A stretch of DNA of 64,000 nucleotides from contig NC_086109.1 in the NCBI RefSeq assembly GCF_963921235.1, forward strand, positions 95,356,001 to 95,420,000, given 5' to 3'. Of the stretch, positions 1-13,656 are shown piece by piece (positions within the stretch are counted from its first letter, which is position 1; every line of letters begins with the position of its first letter). This DNA is from Mobula hypostoma (taxonomy: Eukaryota). The notes beneath the pieces were generated by a model. The model made no database searches. It saw only the letters and a list, made by a program, of their open reading frames with translations, and had not been told where the DNA came from. A program made the position numbers and the translations under genes.

Positions 1-1410
<1,410 letters not shown>

Positions 1411-2024
1411 CGACACTATGGTCTTTATTTTATGGATCCTTTTGGAAAAGTAAGATTAATTCCTGTTAAACAAGTTCAGTGTTTTTCTTTAAAGTGATTC
1501 AATGCATTGAGCTGGGCTGACTGGGTTAGATTCCTTGATTTTCTGTGGTGACTATAAACCAATCAAATATTGGACCAAATATGGATAAAATTCAAATGTA
1601 TTGGGGTCATGAAGTTAACTATAAGGGCTTCTCATATATATCATTTGTGACATTCTGTTATAGTGATTACAGAGGACACTGGTCACCTCATTGACGTTTG
1701 GTGCTGTAGGAGATACAGGATCCTCATCACTTATCACCTGGAAGTGAATGCTAGCCTCCTGTTACAAATCACCTGGAATATTTGCATCGGTAGACAGACA
1801 GCTAGCTGCCTCATTCTGTTGCTTGAGCCGTGCTTCAATTGACTGCAGGGGAGGCGCCTGCCACTTGCCTGATATTTCTTTCATCGACCGCAGGGGCACC
1901 ATGTCACTTGCTCAACATAATCATAAACTGTGAAAACTTTGATCTCCTTAGGTACAGCATGGTATTAGGCTCTTCGGTCCAACAAGCCCGTGCTGCCCAA
2001 TTACACCCATGAGACCAAATAAAT

Positions 2025-2195
2025 GGGTGCCACAGTAGCGTAGTGGCTAGCACGACACTGTTACAGATCGGGGCCTCAGAGTTCAGAGTTGAATCCCAGC
2101 ATCCTCTGTTAGGAGTCTGTACATCCTCCCCTGAGAATGTGTGGGTTTTCTCTCCATGCTCTGGTTTCCTCCCACCATCCAAAGACGTGCTGGTC
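2025..2195 (+). mobile_element. tRNA-derived V-SINE fragment
   Basis: Head GGGTGCCACAGTAGCGTAGTGGCTAGCAC, a B-box-like GAGTTGAATCC, and a V-domain-like TGCTCTGGTTTCCTCCCACCATCCAAAGACGTG. Confidence 0.75.
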
Positions 2196-2199
2196 TTTA

Positions 2200-2615
2200 T
2201 CAGGATCTGAAGCAGGTTTAGATGAAATTTGTTAACTTTGCAGCAGCAGTACAATGCAATACGTAATAATAGAAAAGAAACAGACAGAATTACAGCAAAT
2301 ATATATATATATTAAATAGTTAAATTAAATAAGTCATGCAATAAAATAGAAATAAGAAAGTAGTGAGGTGGTGTTCATGGGCTCAACGTCCATTCAGAAA
2401 TTAGGTGGCAGAGGGGAAGAAGCTGATCCTGAATCATCGAGTGTGCGCCTTCAGGATTCTGTACCTCCTTCCTGATGGTAGCAATGGGAAGAGGGCATGT
2501 CCTGGTTGATAGTGGCCCTTAATGATGGACGCCACCCTTTTAAGGCACAGCTCCTTGAAGATGTCCTGGATATTAAGGAGGCTAGTTTCCATGATGGAGC
2601 TGACTAATTTTACAA
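2200..2615 (-). mobile_element. Rex/Babar-like LINE 3' fragment
   Basis: ORF 2434-2694 (IQDIFKELCLKRVASIIKG..HALFPLLPSGRRYR) is the conserved C-terminus. Related copies lie at ~19480-19885 and ~50300-50520. Confidence 0.7.
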
Positions 2616-2619
2616 TTAG

Positions 2620-3420
2620 TGCTAGTGAGGCCAAAAATAGGAAAATTATGTAGTTTAACATGTGGCTAAGAAGTTGGTGTAAGAGAGAGGGCATAATATT
2701 ATTGGATCATTGGTCTCTCTACCAGGGAAGGTGGGATCTGTACAGAGGGACTGTTTGCACCTGAACTGGAGGGGGAACTAATATCCTAGCGGGAAGGTTT
2801 GTTAATGCTGCACGGTGGGGTTGCAGAGTTGCACGGGGATGGGAACCAGAGTGCCAGAACAATTAGTGGAGAGGTTGTGGAGGCTGATGTTGGTAAGACC
2901 TCAGACAAAGTTAGGAATCAAAAGGTTGAGCATGGTGTGACAAAATTGAAAAAGATGAATACAGGACTGAAAGTGTTATATCTGAATGCGTGCAGTAGAT
3001 GAACATGTAGCACAGCTGCAGATTGGCAGGTATGATGATGTAGGCATCACTGAATCATGGCTAAAAGAAGATAACAGCTGGGAGTTTAATGTGGAAGGAT
3101 ACACATTGTATTGAAAGAACAGGCAGGAAGGCAGAGGAGGTGGCATTGCTCTGTTGGTAAAAAATGAATTTCTGGAAGCAATTTGGAAGGTACAGGATAT
3201 ATACATCCCAAAGATGAAAGAGGTCAAAGCCAACATAAAATCCAAAAAGAGGGCGTATAATAGAGCAAAGATTAGTGCAAAGCTAGAGGTTTGGGGAGCT
3301 TTTAAAAACCAACAGAAGATAACTAAAAAAATCAATAAGAAGTTAAAGATAGAATACGAAAGTAAGCTAGCCAATAATATTGAAGAGGATACCAAAAGTT
3401 TCTTCAGATACATAAAGTGT
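2620..3420 (+). mobile_element. CR1 LINE internal fragment (ORF1 SGNH esterase end and APE endonuclease start), internally deleted
   Basis: Translates to WLRSWCKREG..DHWSLYQGRWDLY..LHLNWRG, LKVLYLNACS, VGITESWLK and GRGGGIALLVK. Confidence 0.75.
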
Positions 3421-5529
3421 AAATTAATAAAGTAATAAAGTGTAAAGTAATAAAGATACATAAATTTAGATCACGGGTTAGAACAAAGAAAAGTACAGAC
3501 AGGAACAGGCCCACCGGCTCACAATGTTGCGCCAAACCAATTAAATTGGTCATCAAATGGCCAACTAAACTGTTCTCTTCTGCCTATATCTCATATCCTT
3601 TCATTCTTCTCATATTTGTGTGCCTATCTAAACATGTCTTAGAAGTCTCTAATGTTTGTACCTCTACCACCACCCCAGGCACCCACCAGTCTGTGTAAAA
3701 ATACTTGCCCTCACAGCTCCTTTGAAATTACCTCCTCAACTTAAATGCATGCCCTCAGGTGTTTAAGAAGGCTTTTTGTTGATTCATAGCAGGAAGCCAC
3801 TTAAGAGATTTGGTTTGGAAACTGACACGGCAATCTCTTTTATTGACACTTGTAACATGCTTTATCATTCAATGTCCTATCCATTGATCCTTTAAGGTCA
3901 CCAAATCTAGCCTCTGGATGTGGGACATTCTGGTTCTGTACCATTGTAACTACTGCGAGGAAGAAAATAAATAAATATTCATGCTCGTCAACTTGCTTTA
4001 AAATTGTTCCTTTCTGACTAAGGAATCATTTTACAACAAATTCTCAAGAACAGAACCCTTACATAATCCAGAGGCTGCCTGTACTGGGGCAGTGGTCTCC
4101 AAGTCAAGGCCACATCGGGGATCCCCAGGTAAAAGATTACCTCACTTATGGAAATCTGCCTTTACAAAAATTTTGCTATACAATTTTCAAGGTAGTAAGA
4201 AAGATAAAATATTTTGTGATACTCATTGAAGATTGGATACAGTATACAATATATTCTATTAGTTTAATTATGGGTAGTGTCAGGGTAAATATCCAATGAA
4301 ATGGAAGAATTATACCAAGTGTATGTAAAGAGATACAATTTGGGTTGATACAGAAAATGAACATGGAGGAATCAGGTTATGGACTGTTCTAAGGAATGGA
4401 AACCTTACATAACTTGGGGACAACCTATATTTACAACTGAATTGAACTAGTGACCTGCAGGCATCAGAATGATTTCCCAGCACTATGCACTGATATCAAG
4501 CCCAAAAGTTTTCCTCCTGTCTACAGTCAAGCTGCAAGATACCAGCAGCTGGGAAAGTAATTTTAAAAAACTTATTTTAAAATTAGTGTTCACACCACAC
4601 TCTGGTAGTGCCAAATATGCTCACTGAAATCCTTTGAAATGCCCATTCCTTGCTGACACAGTCACAATGAAGCGCACATAAGATGCTGGAGGAACTCAGC
4701 AGGTCAGGCAGCACCTATGGAAATGAGCAAATAGTTGATGGTTCAGGCCGAGCCTTTCATCCACAGTGATATGGTTTTGGATTCAGAATGGTGTCAAGCC
4801 CTCCCAGCCCTCCTATAGTCATGTGTCTATTGTATATTTTATTGCAATGAAGGTAGAACTGGCATTCATTGTTTTAAGAGAAGAGTTACTCTTTGAGTTA
4901 TTCCTTATTGTGAATCAGTGTCTCCTTAAATGTGAGTACCATGGAATATAGGTTCTTTTTAATAATCTAACTTCATATGTTGTAAATTTCAAATACATGT
5001 ATTTTCCTCCAGGCTAGTTTTAGATATTATGCTGCATCTAGGGATCCACATAAACCTGCCTTCAACTGAAAAGTCAGATTGTATTAAAAGGAGAGGAAAT
5101 AACAGAAAATAAATGCTGTGCCTTGGTCTGTCTTGCATAGCTGACAGAATATGGGCATTGTGGTGAATTCAGTAGATACAAAGGATAGGTATGTATGCAA
5201 TATTTCCAGTTTCAGAAAGACATGGCTGATTGCAAGCTCCACAAGCCCCTATTTCTGCAAAGACTATTATTCTGATCTGCACTGTGCTTGCTGGCTTCTC
5301 ATTTGCTTCTGCACGTATTCTTTGATCATGTCCTTACTTGATGATGATTGTTTTTATTGATGATCTTTAGCACAGATGAAAATACTCTGTAATAACGTGT
5401 AGATTGTGAATGCAGGCAAGTATTAACATGGTTTTGCCTGCCAGTCAGTACTTTGAATATCTATGTCAAAGGCAATCATTAATTTAATGTAAAAATAACA
5501 TTGTTACAAAGACCCAATTACAAACTTAC

Positions 5530-6010
5530 AGAACTAAGATAAGTGCCTGGTTCTGAAGCCTGCTCAGTCATTTAATAAGATAATGAAACATTTGATTGCA
5601 CCTTCAACTCTGCATTCCCATCTAGCTGTGGTAACTTTCCACATCCCACCCAGACTTTATCAAGAATCTATCTAACTCTGGCTTTAAAATATTTAAAGAC
5701 ACTGCTTCCACCAACCTGCGAAGGACAGAGTTCCAAAGACTCATGGCCTTCTGCAGGGAAATAAATTGTGTCATCTCTATCATAAATGGGAATCTCCGAC
5801 TCCCTGTAAGAGGAAACATTCTCTCCACATCCATTTTGTGAAAGTTCCTCAGGATCTTATGTGTGTCAAGTCCCCTCTCACTCTATTAAACTCCTGAGAA
5901 TCTCAGCTAGCCTGGTGAGCATTTCCTTGTCAGGTAACCCACCAACCTTCTCTGAAATAAGGAGACTGATACTACGGGCAATATTCCAGATATGACTTTG
6001 ACAATATAGA
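5530..6010 (-). mobile_element. Old CR1 LINE 3' fragment
   Basis: ORF 5622-5834: DVERMFPL..SLWNSV..VEAVSLNILKPELDRFL. Confidence 0.7.
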
Positions 6011-6591
6011 CATTCAGAAACCTGCCTTCCCTATTTTATATTTAATTCCCCAAGCAATAAACAACAATTACGTACCAGAAATATCTGCACACTCACTTTT
6101 TGGAAAAGATGTTACAGAGCTCAGGACATCCTAAAGCTCTCAGCAGCCAATGAAGTTGTTCTGAACTATAGTCACTGTTATAAATGAAGGAAACTTGTTA
6201 GTCTGTTGCACACAGAACATTTCCGTTAAAATAAAACAATACTGCCTATTAAGTGACATTGGTTGACAGATAATGTTGGCTCAGGGAAAGGAGCATATAC
6301 CTTAATCTTCTTTAAAATAGTACCACAGGATTCATCTGACAGGTTTCATTTTAATGTCTAATCAGAAAGATGGATATAGGCAGATGTGAAGTAAGGTGCA
6401 ACTATTCTCCTTTGGACCTATACATATTTTAGAGATCACAAGTACGATGATAAAAATCAAACATGTTTCAAGAATGGTAATTTTTTTAATACTGTATACG
6501 TCACTGTTCCAGCACAACATCTTTATCATAGGCATCTTACCTGCTGAATTCTAACCCCCCCCCCAAACCCCTTCCTCATGTAGCCTCTGGA

Positions 6592-6840
6592 TGGCACAGT
6601 AGCATAGTGGTTAGCACAACCTGGGTTCAATTCCTGCTGCTGTCTGTAAGGAGTTTGTATGTTCTCCACGCAACTGGGTGGGTTTCCTCCGGGTGCTCCG
6701 GTTTCCACCCACAGTCCAAAGATGTACTGGTTGTGAATTGTCCTGTGATTAGGCTAAGATCAAATCAGGGGATTGCTGGGTGGTGCAGCTCAAAGGGCAG
6801 GAAGGGCCTATTCCACGCTGTATCTCAATAAATAAATAAT
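6592..6840 (+). mobile_element. V-SINE
   Basis: GGCACAGTAGCATAGTGGTTAGC, B box GGGTTCAATTCC, V-domain GGGTTTCCTCCGGGTGCTCCGGTTTCC and an (AATA)n tail. Confidence 0.8.
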
Positions 6841-7914
6841 AAACATAATAGTGTTAATCTTGCTGAGTTGACAGTTAAGAATACCAAGGCTAATGTGCAT
6901 TACTGGAGGTGGGCAGTTCATCAAATTAAAATCAGTGTGGTTAAAGAAAAGACAGCACTTTGCTTTGTTCTAATGAATCAATTACTCTGTTAAATATTGC
7001 AACATCTTAAACTCATGAAAAATTAAAGTTCAAGTAAACATAATTTACATGGAGCATAATTATACAATATAAACTAGTGTTGTAGTAGTCTTTCAAAGTA
7101 TGCTTTGTGAGTATATTTAAATTAAGTAAGCTCTGTATAATTGAGAAAATACATACAAGTAAATATTTTTTGTCTACCTATGGAAAAATGTGACTCAATT
7201 AGAAGATTGGAATAATAATCGAACTTAGCAGTTTGCAGACTCAAAGTACATCAAGATATGTACGCTTTCTCTGTTTAAAGTTTTTGTCAGAGGCAAGATT
7301 CTCTCAATTCTAAGCTTTCATTCTGCAATATGTTAAATTAGCAAGGACACGAGGAAAGACAAGCTTCTCGTGGAAGCCTTGCAGGTTAACTTTGTTTGCA
7401 TTGTGTAAATAACATGATCTGTATTTTCTTAATATTGTATATTTAATATCTGTAAATAAGGAAGTTTCCCTAGATGGAATCTGCTAATGGTGACCTGCAC
7501 TGACGAGATGGGGAGTTCCTGCAAGGTTTGCAACCTATTCTAAATGTAAATTTTCACAATATAGCCGGTGTTTATTTAGAGAATGCAAGCAGAGTATTAC
7601 AATAATTTGTGTAAAGAGTATTTTCATAAAATAAATGAGTGTTAGATTATGTGCATTATATAATATTGCATTAAAGCAAACCAGGTAATCTTTCAAAAGC
7701 CAAAAGGAACAAATCTTACCTCTGGTGCGCTAGAGAACTCAGAAACATTAACAGGTATGCGTAACATTTAGGGCAAAATTCCTTCAATACCAGAAGCACC
7801 CAGTATCCTCCGTACAACAGATAAACTGCCTCTCTTTGATAAAACCTTGTAATTTATTTATGAACTCGATATCAAATTGAGCTGAGATGAATGCCTCAAT
7901 TACAGGTTAAAGCA

Positions 7915-9460
7915 GAATATTTCTGAGATGCAAAGGGACTTGGGAGTCCTCGCGCAGCATTCCCTAAAGGCTAACCTGCGGGTTAAGTCAGTCGTGAGGA
8001 AGGCAAATGCAGCGTTAGTATTCATTTTGAGAGGACTAGAATATAAAAGCAAGGATGCAATGTTGACGCTTTATAAGGCACTGGGAGTATTGTGAGAGTA
8101 GATGTAAGCGGAACAAGTGCTACACACTTCCTCCCTTACCACCATTCAGGGCCCCAGACAGTCCTTCCAGGTGAGGCGACACTTCACCTGTGAGTCAGCT
8201 GGGGTGATATACTGTGTCCGGTGCTCCTGATGCAGCCTTCCATATATTGGCGAAACCCGACGCAGGCTGGGAGACCATTTTGCTGAACACCTACGCTCTG
8301 TCAGCCAGAGAAAGCAGAATCTCCCAGTGGCCACACATCTTAATTCCACGTCCCATTCCCATTCTGATATGTCTATCCACGGCCTCCTCTACTGTCAAGA
8401 TGAAGCCACACTCAGCTTGGAGGAACAACACCTTATATTCCGTCTGGGTAGCCTCCAACCTGATGGTGAACATTGACTTCTCTAACTTCCGTTAATGCCC
8501 CACCTCCCTTTCGTACCCCATCGATTATTTATTTATTTTTTATTATTATTAATTTTTTTTCTCTCTCTCTCTCTCTTTCTCCCTCTGTCCCTCTCACTAT
8601 ACCCCTTGCCCATCCGCTGGGCTTCCTCCATCCCCTTTTCCTTCTCCCTGGGCCTCCTGTCCCATGATCCTCTCATATCCCTTTTGCCTATCAACTGTCC
8701 AGCTCTTAGCTCCATCCCTTCCCCCTCCTGTCATCTCCTATCATTTCGTATCTCCCCCTCCCCCTCCCACTTTCAAATCTCTTACTATCTCTTCTTTCAG
8801 TTAGTCCTGACGAAGGGTCTCGGACTGAAACATCGACTGGACCTGTTCCTATAGATGCTGCCTGGCCTGCTGAGCTCACCAGCAACTTTGATGTGTGTTG
8901 CCTTGGAGTATTGTGAGCAGTTTTGGGCTCCTTATCTAAGAAAGGATGTGCTGACATTGGAGAGGGTGCAGAGGAGGTTCATGAAAATGATTCCAAGATT
9001 GAAAGGCTTATCATATGAAGAACGTTTGATGGCTCTGGGCCTGTACTCACTGGAATTCAGAAGAATGAGGGGGGATTTCCATATTGAAACCTATCGAATG
9101 ATGTAGAGTGGATGTAGAGAAGATGTTTCCTATTGGCGGGGGAGTCCAGGACCAGAGGACACAGCCTCAGAATAGAGGGATGACCATTTAGAACAGAGGT
9201 GAGGAGGAATTTCTTTAGCCTTGGGTTAAAGAGAGTTGTGAATCTGTGGAATTTGTTGTCACAGGCGACTCTGGAGGCCAAATCTTTGGGTATATTTAAG
9301 GCAGAGGTTGATAGATTCTTGATTAGTCAGGGCAGGAAAGGATACGGGGAAATGACAGGAGATTGGGGCTGAGAGGGAAATGGATCAGCCAAGATGAAAT
9401 AGTGGAGTAGACTTGATGGGCCAAATGGCCTAATTCTGCTCCTATATCTTATGGTCTTAA
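7915..9460 (+). mobile_element. CR1 LINE 3' end, interrupted by a Penelope-like insertion
   Basis: LEYCEQFWAPYLRKDVLTLERVQRRFMKMIP motif and the tail GGCCTAATTCTGCTCCTATATCTTATGGTCTTA. Confidence 0.85.
8097..8904 (+). mobile_element. Penelope-like element 3' part (GIY-YIG endonuclease plus terminal repeat with hammerhead motif)
   Basis: GVIYCVRCS*CSLPYIGETRRRLGDHFAEHLRSV (GIY-YIG). The motif CTGACGA..GAAACATC is at 8807-8834. Flanked by the direct repeat GGAGTATTGTGAG (8084-8096 / 8905-8917). Confidence 0.85.
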
Positions 9461-10016
9461 AGGGATTAACTACAAAAAGGATTTAAGGGATATTGAGAAG
9501 TACAACACCAGTGACAAGAGAAGGAGATTCCTGAAACTGAGACTGTAGCTTGTCCCACACTATTTCATTTGGAGGAGGTGGTGGAGCATGGGGAAGAGTT
9601 GGGTGAAGGAGTTCAGATCGCGTTTGGGAGAACAGAACCTAGCCCCATTCTTGCGTGCATCTGAATTCAAATCATCTGGCGTTTTTGTAAACTGTGTCAG
9701 TATCCTCTCAAGGGTACTGTAAATTCAATGGTAAAAAGACAATATATTCACTATCTTACTATGCGTACGAGATGATTTGATAAATATTCTTTGCAGTGGA
9801 CAGGAAGCGATATTATTGAATAAATCTACAATTCTACAGATTTAAACTCACTGATAATCGACAAAAATAAATTTCACTTTATAGTGAAGTTTAGTTTTCA
9901 TTAAAATATCCATGCATTAAAGATCTTTAAATAGAACTTCTAATCAATAATTAAGTAATCAAGAAATCATAGTGTTTTATATCTGCAAATGCAAGGTCTA
10001 AAAAATGCCACTGCAG

Positions 10017-10592
10017 AAGCTGAAGTTGTATAAGACATTGGCGAGGTCTAATTTGGGGTATTGTGTGCAGCTCTGGGCATTTACCTACAGGAAAGATATC
10101 AATAAGATTGAAACAGTACATAGAAAATTTACAAGTATATTGTCAGGATTTGAGGAGCTGAGTTATAGGGAAAGGTTGAAAAGGTTAGGAACTTATTCTC
10201 TGGAATGTAGAATAAGAGAAGATCTGATAGAGGTGTACGGAATTATGAGGGATATAGATAGGGTAAATGCAGGCAGGATTTTTCTACTGAGATTGGGTGA
10301 GACTAGAACTAGAAGTCACGGGTTAGGGGTGAAAGATTAAACATTTAAGGGGAACATGAGGGGGAACTTCTTCACTCAGAGGGTGGTGAGACTGTGAAAT
10401 GAGCTGCCAGCATAAGTGATGGGTGCAAGTTCAATTTCAACACTGAAGAGAAATTTGAATGTACAGTACATCAATAGGAGAGGTATGGAGGCTATGGTGA
10501 TGCAGGTTGTGGGACTAGGTAGAATAACAGTTCAGCACGAACGAGATGTCCGAAGGCCTGTTTCTGTGCTGTAATGCTCCATGATTCTGTGA
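10017..10592 (+). mobile_element. CR1 LINE 3' fragment
   Basis: LKLYKTLARSNLGYCVQLW..DRVNAGRIF..TRSHG. Similar copies lie at ~11930-12205, ~24268-24608 (-) and ~27430-27950. Confidence 0.8.
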
Positions 10593-11114
10593 CAAGTCTT
10601 GAACTCTAGGTTAAGCTCCAGCTTCCTCCTGCAGAAAAGCAGATTCAGAGAGAATCTGAAAATGGTGTTACATCTGTCGACTGGACAGCCAGGCACAGCA
10701 AATCAGTGTTTGACTAACTGCATCGCCACCAAGGTGCCTTCAAAACGAAGTAGTTAGGTTTTCAAAGCCCCCAGGAAAAATATATCCGTCCTGAATGAGT
10801 GACTCCCTGTCTGCTCTCCAATCAAAATGACTAGCTTGCAGAGTGGAGCCATCATTCTCAGCCTAACAACTGAGACACAAGAGACCGCAAAAACGCAACA
10901 GATTTCTGGAGGAACTCAGTGGGTCACACATCTTCTGTAGAAGCAAGGAGACATTAGTGTTGCAAGTTCACCAGCCCCTTACTTCCACAGATGATGTGTG
11001 ACTTGCTGAGATTTTTTAGCAGTTTCTTTTTATCTTGTTTAAGACTAAGAGCTGTTGTATTACCACTGACAGAGGATCCCCTGCATCATCCTATACACAT
11101 GAACCAAATATAAT

Positions 11115-11615
11115 TAAACACAAAATACTCTGCAGATGCTGGGGTAAAGCAACACTCACAACACGCCGGAGGATCTCAGCAGGTCGGGCAGCATCAGTGG
11201 AAACGATCAGTCAACGTTTCGGGCCGGAACCCTTCATCAGGACTGAAGAGGGAAGGGGCAGAGGCCCTATAAAGAAGGTGGGGGGTATGTGCAACACACA
11301 CAAAATGCTGGAGGAACTCAGCCAGTCAGGCAGCATCAATGGAGGAAAATAAACAGTCAATGCTACTTACTTCATCCCACCTTCTCCCTTACCTGATCTC
11401 ACCTGTCACCTGCCAGCTTGTACTCCTCCCCTCCCCACCTTCATATCCTGGCTTCTGCCCCCTTCCTTTCCAATCCGGCTGAAGGGTCTCAGCCCAAAAC
11501 GTCAACTGTTTATTCCTCTCCATAGATGCTGCCTGACCTGCTGAGTTCCTCTAGCATTTTGTGTGTGTTACTCCGGATTTCCAGCATCTGTAGAATCTGT
11601 AGAATCTCTTGTGTT
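11115..11615. mobile_element. Cluster of Penelope terminal-repeat copies in both orientations
   Basis: A minus-strand copy at 11115-11285 is followed by a fold-back copy with arms at ~11291-11361 and ~11497-11570. Confidence 0.8.
11208..11245 (-). ncRNA. Minimal type I hammerhead ribozyme motif with intact core
   Basis: The minus strand reads CAGUC-CUGAUGA-A-GGGU(UCCG)GCCC-GAAAC-GUU-GACUG. This gives stem I CAGUC/GACUG, core boxes CUGAUGA and GAAA, a stem II hairpin, a GUH cleavage triplet and a palindromic ACGU in place of stem III. Confidence 0.75.
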
Positions 11616-13656
11616 CATGATATCTATGTTCCCTTTTCCAGCTACAGCACGCCATCCGCAACAGGGGTTTTAGCACTGACCATATAGAACTTGTTCTTTT
11701 AAAAACCTCCAAGTACTGATCAGCTTCTTGTGGAGTTACATATAGGAATTCAAGAATTAATTCAGTCTTTGGACAAAAAAAGACTTTGAAGATAAAGTTA
11801 CTTGTCGAGAATACCATTTGCTGCTTCCAGACAAGTAAATGTGTCCCACAGCATAACAAGAACACTTAAAGAGCAAGAACTTGCACAAGCTAGAAAAATG
11901 AAATGAGTTTGGGTGAGATTAAAACTGAAGGTCCTTAGTTAAGAGTGAAAGGTGAAATGTTTAAGGAAAACGTGAGGTGAACTTCTTCACTCAGTGGGTG
12001 GTGAGAGTATGAGACACGCTGCCAGTGAAGTGGTGGTTGCGGATTTGATTTCAACATTTAAGATAAGTTCAGATAAGCACATGGATGGGGGGTAATGGAG
12101 GGCTATAGTCTCAGTGCAGGTTGACCGGACTAGGCAGAAAGTAGTTTGGCATGGACTAGAAGGGCCGAAAGGCCTGTTTCTATGCTGTAGTGCTCTGTGA
12201 CTCTAAAAACTGCTCAAACACTCATTGTCTGTGGAAAAAGAAAAAGAGTCAATATTTCAACATTGACGACCATTAATCAAACTAGGTTAGATATCAAATC
12301 TGTTTTAGGTTGTAGAGTGAAAGTGGGGTGAAGGAAACAAAGGGAATGTCTGTAACATAGTGACCATTCGTTAAGGAATGAGATAAGACCGTAAGACGTA
12401 GGAGTAGAATTGGGCCATTCAGCCCATTGAGTCTGCTGCACCGTTCCATCATGGCTGATCCCAGATCTCACCCAACCCAGTACACCTGCCTTCTCATCAT
12501 ACGTCCTGACCGATCAGGAGATATTGCTGTTGTAGTGAGTTTTGGTCAATACTTCATCAAAAACTAGGAAACCAGAAACCATTGAAGATGAACTGGGTAA
12601 AGGAAACAAACAGAAATCCCAAATGAGAGAAGCACAGAGCATCGTCAGTATGGACATTTGTGGAAGGGAAGTGGCAGCAAATTCAACAACACTGGAGAAG
12701 CGATAAAACACTAGATATTAAAATGGGAGGGAGATCTGAAATTAAAAGAGAAAACATGAGATATACTCAACAGGTCAGGCAGCATCTGTGGAGAGAGAAA
12801 CAATGTTGATGATCATTCATCAAAATTGGTAAAGTTAGAAATTAAGGAAATACAATTGTTAATTACAAAAACTAATAAAAACAATGAGACAAAGAGTGAT
12901 ATAATTGCTAGAGATTTAGGTTCAAGTATACATAACAGCTACAACACTGGAAAATGCCATTTTGAAGTGTCAGTCACTGTTATCTAAATAAACACTAATA
13001 CCATTTGCACAATGGAAGTTCCCAATGGAATGAATGAGAGGTTTAGTATTGGTTATGAGATCAGTATTGGTCAGTGACGTCCACAATAAAGTGTTCAAAT
13101 CTCAGGAGTGGAACTTGACCCTAAACGTTCTGGCTTAAGAACAAGTCAGCTTTCATATGATTGGAGGGTAATTGTGGCTAGAGGGTACGTTACAACTAGA
13201 TAATGAAACAGATTACAAAATGATGTCTCATTTTATTCCTGTATTCTCAATGGCAAGGTAAGTCAGGTGGAAATTATGGGTAGCTGTGACATGACAATGG
13301 GATATCTATCAATACAGCATCACTGTATAGTCATGTGAAAACACTTTATGCACATTATGAGACAGTCCTTGTACATTTGGTGAAGCTCAGCTTACATCGA
13401 GGAGTATATTCTTGCACTTCAGAACACATGCTTGAGGAACATGTCAGATAAAGCTCATTATAACAAGCAATACTTCATGTTAAACTGGAAGAACTTAATC
13501 CCTGTAATATTTTTCACTATTTCAAGAAATGCTTAAAGCATTGTTATGCCAGACAGATTACTTGCAAAGCTTAGTCACTACAGCAACTAACGCTCAGGAA
13601 ATTGTTATTGATGACAACTAGATTGACTGATTTTATTGATGTAGCTGAGGGGTAAA

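Noticed and set aside
7716-11870. Exon-like unique segments at ~7720-7846(-), ~9560-9716(-) and ~11642-11720(+)
   Set aside because: Isolated splice-like signals with short frames, and no recognisable homology or consistent phase chain.
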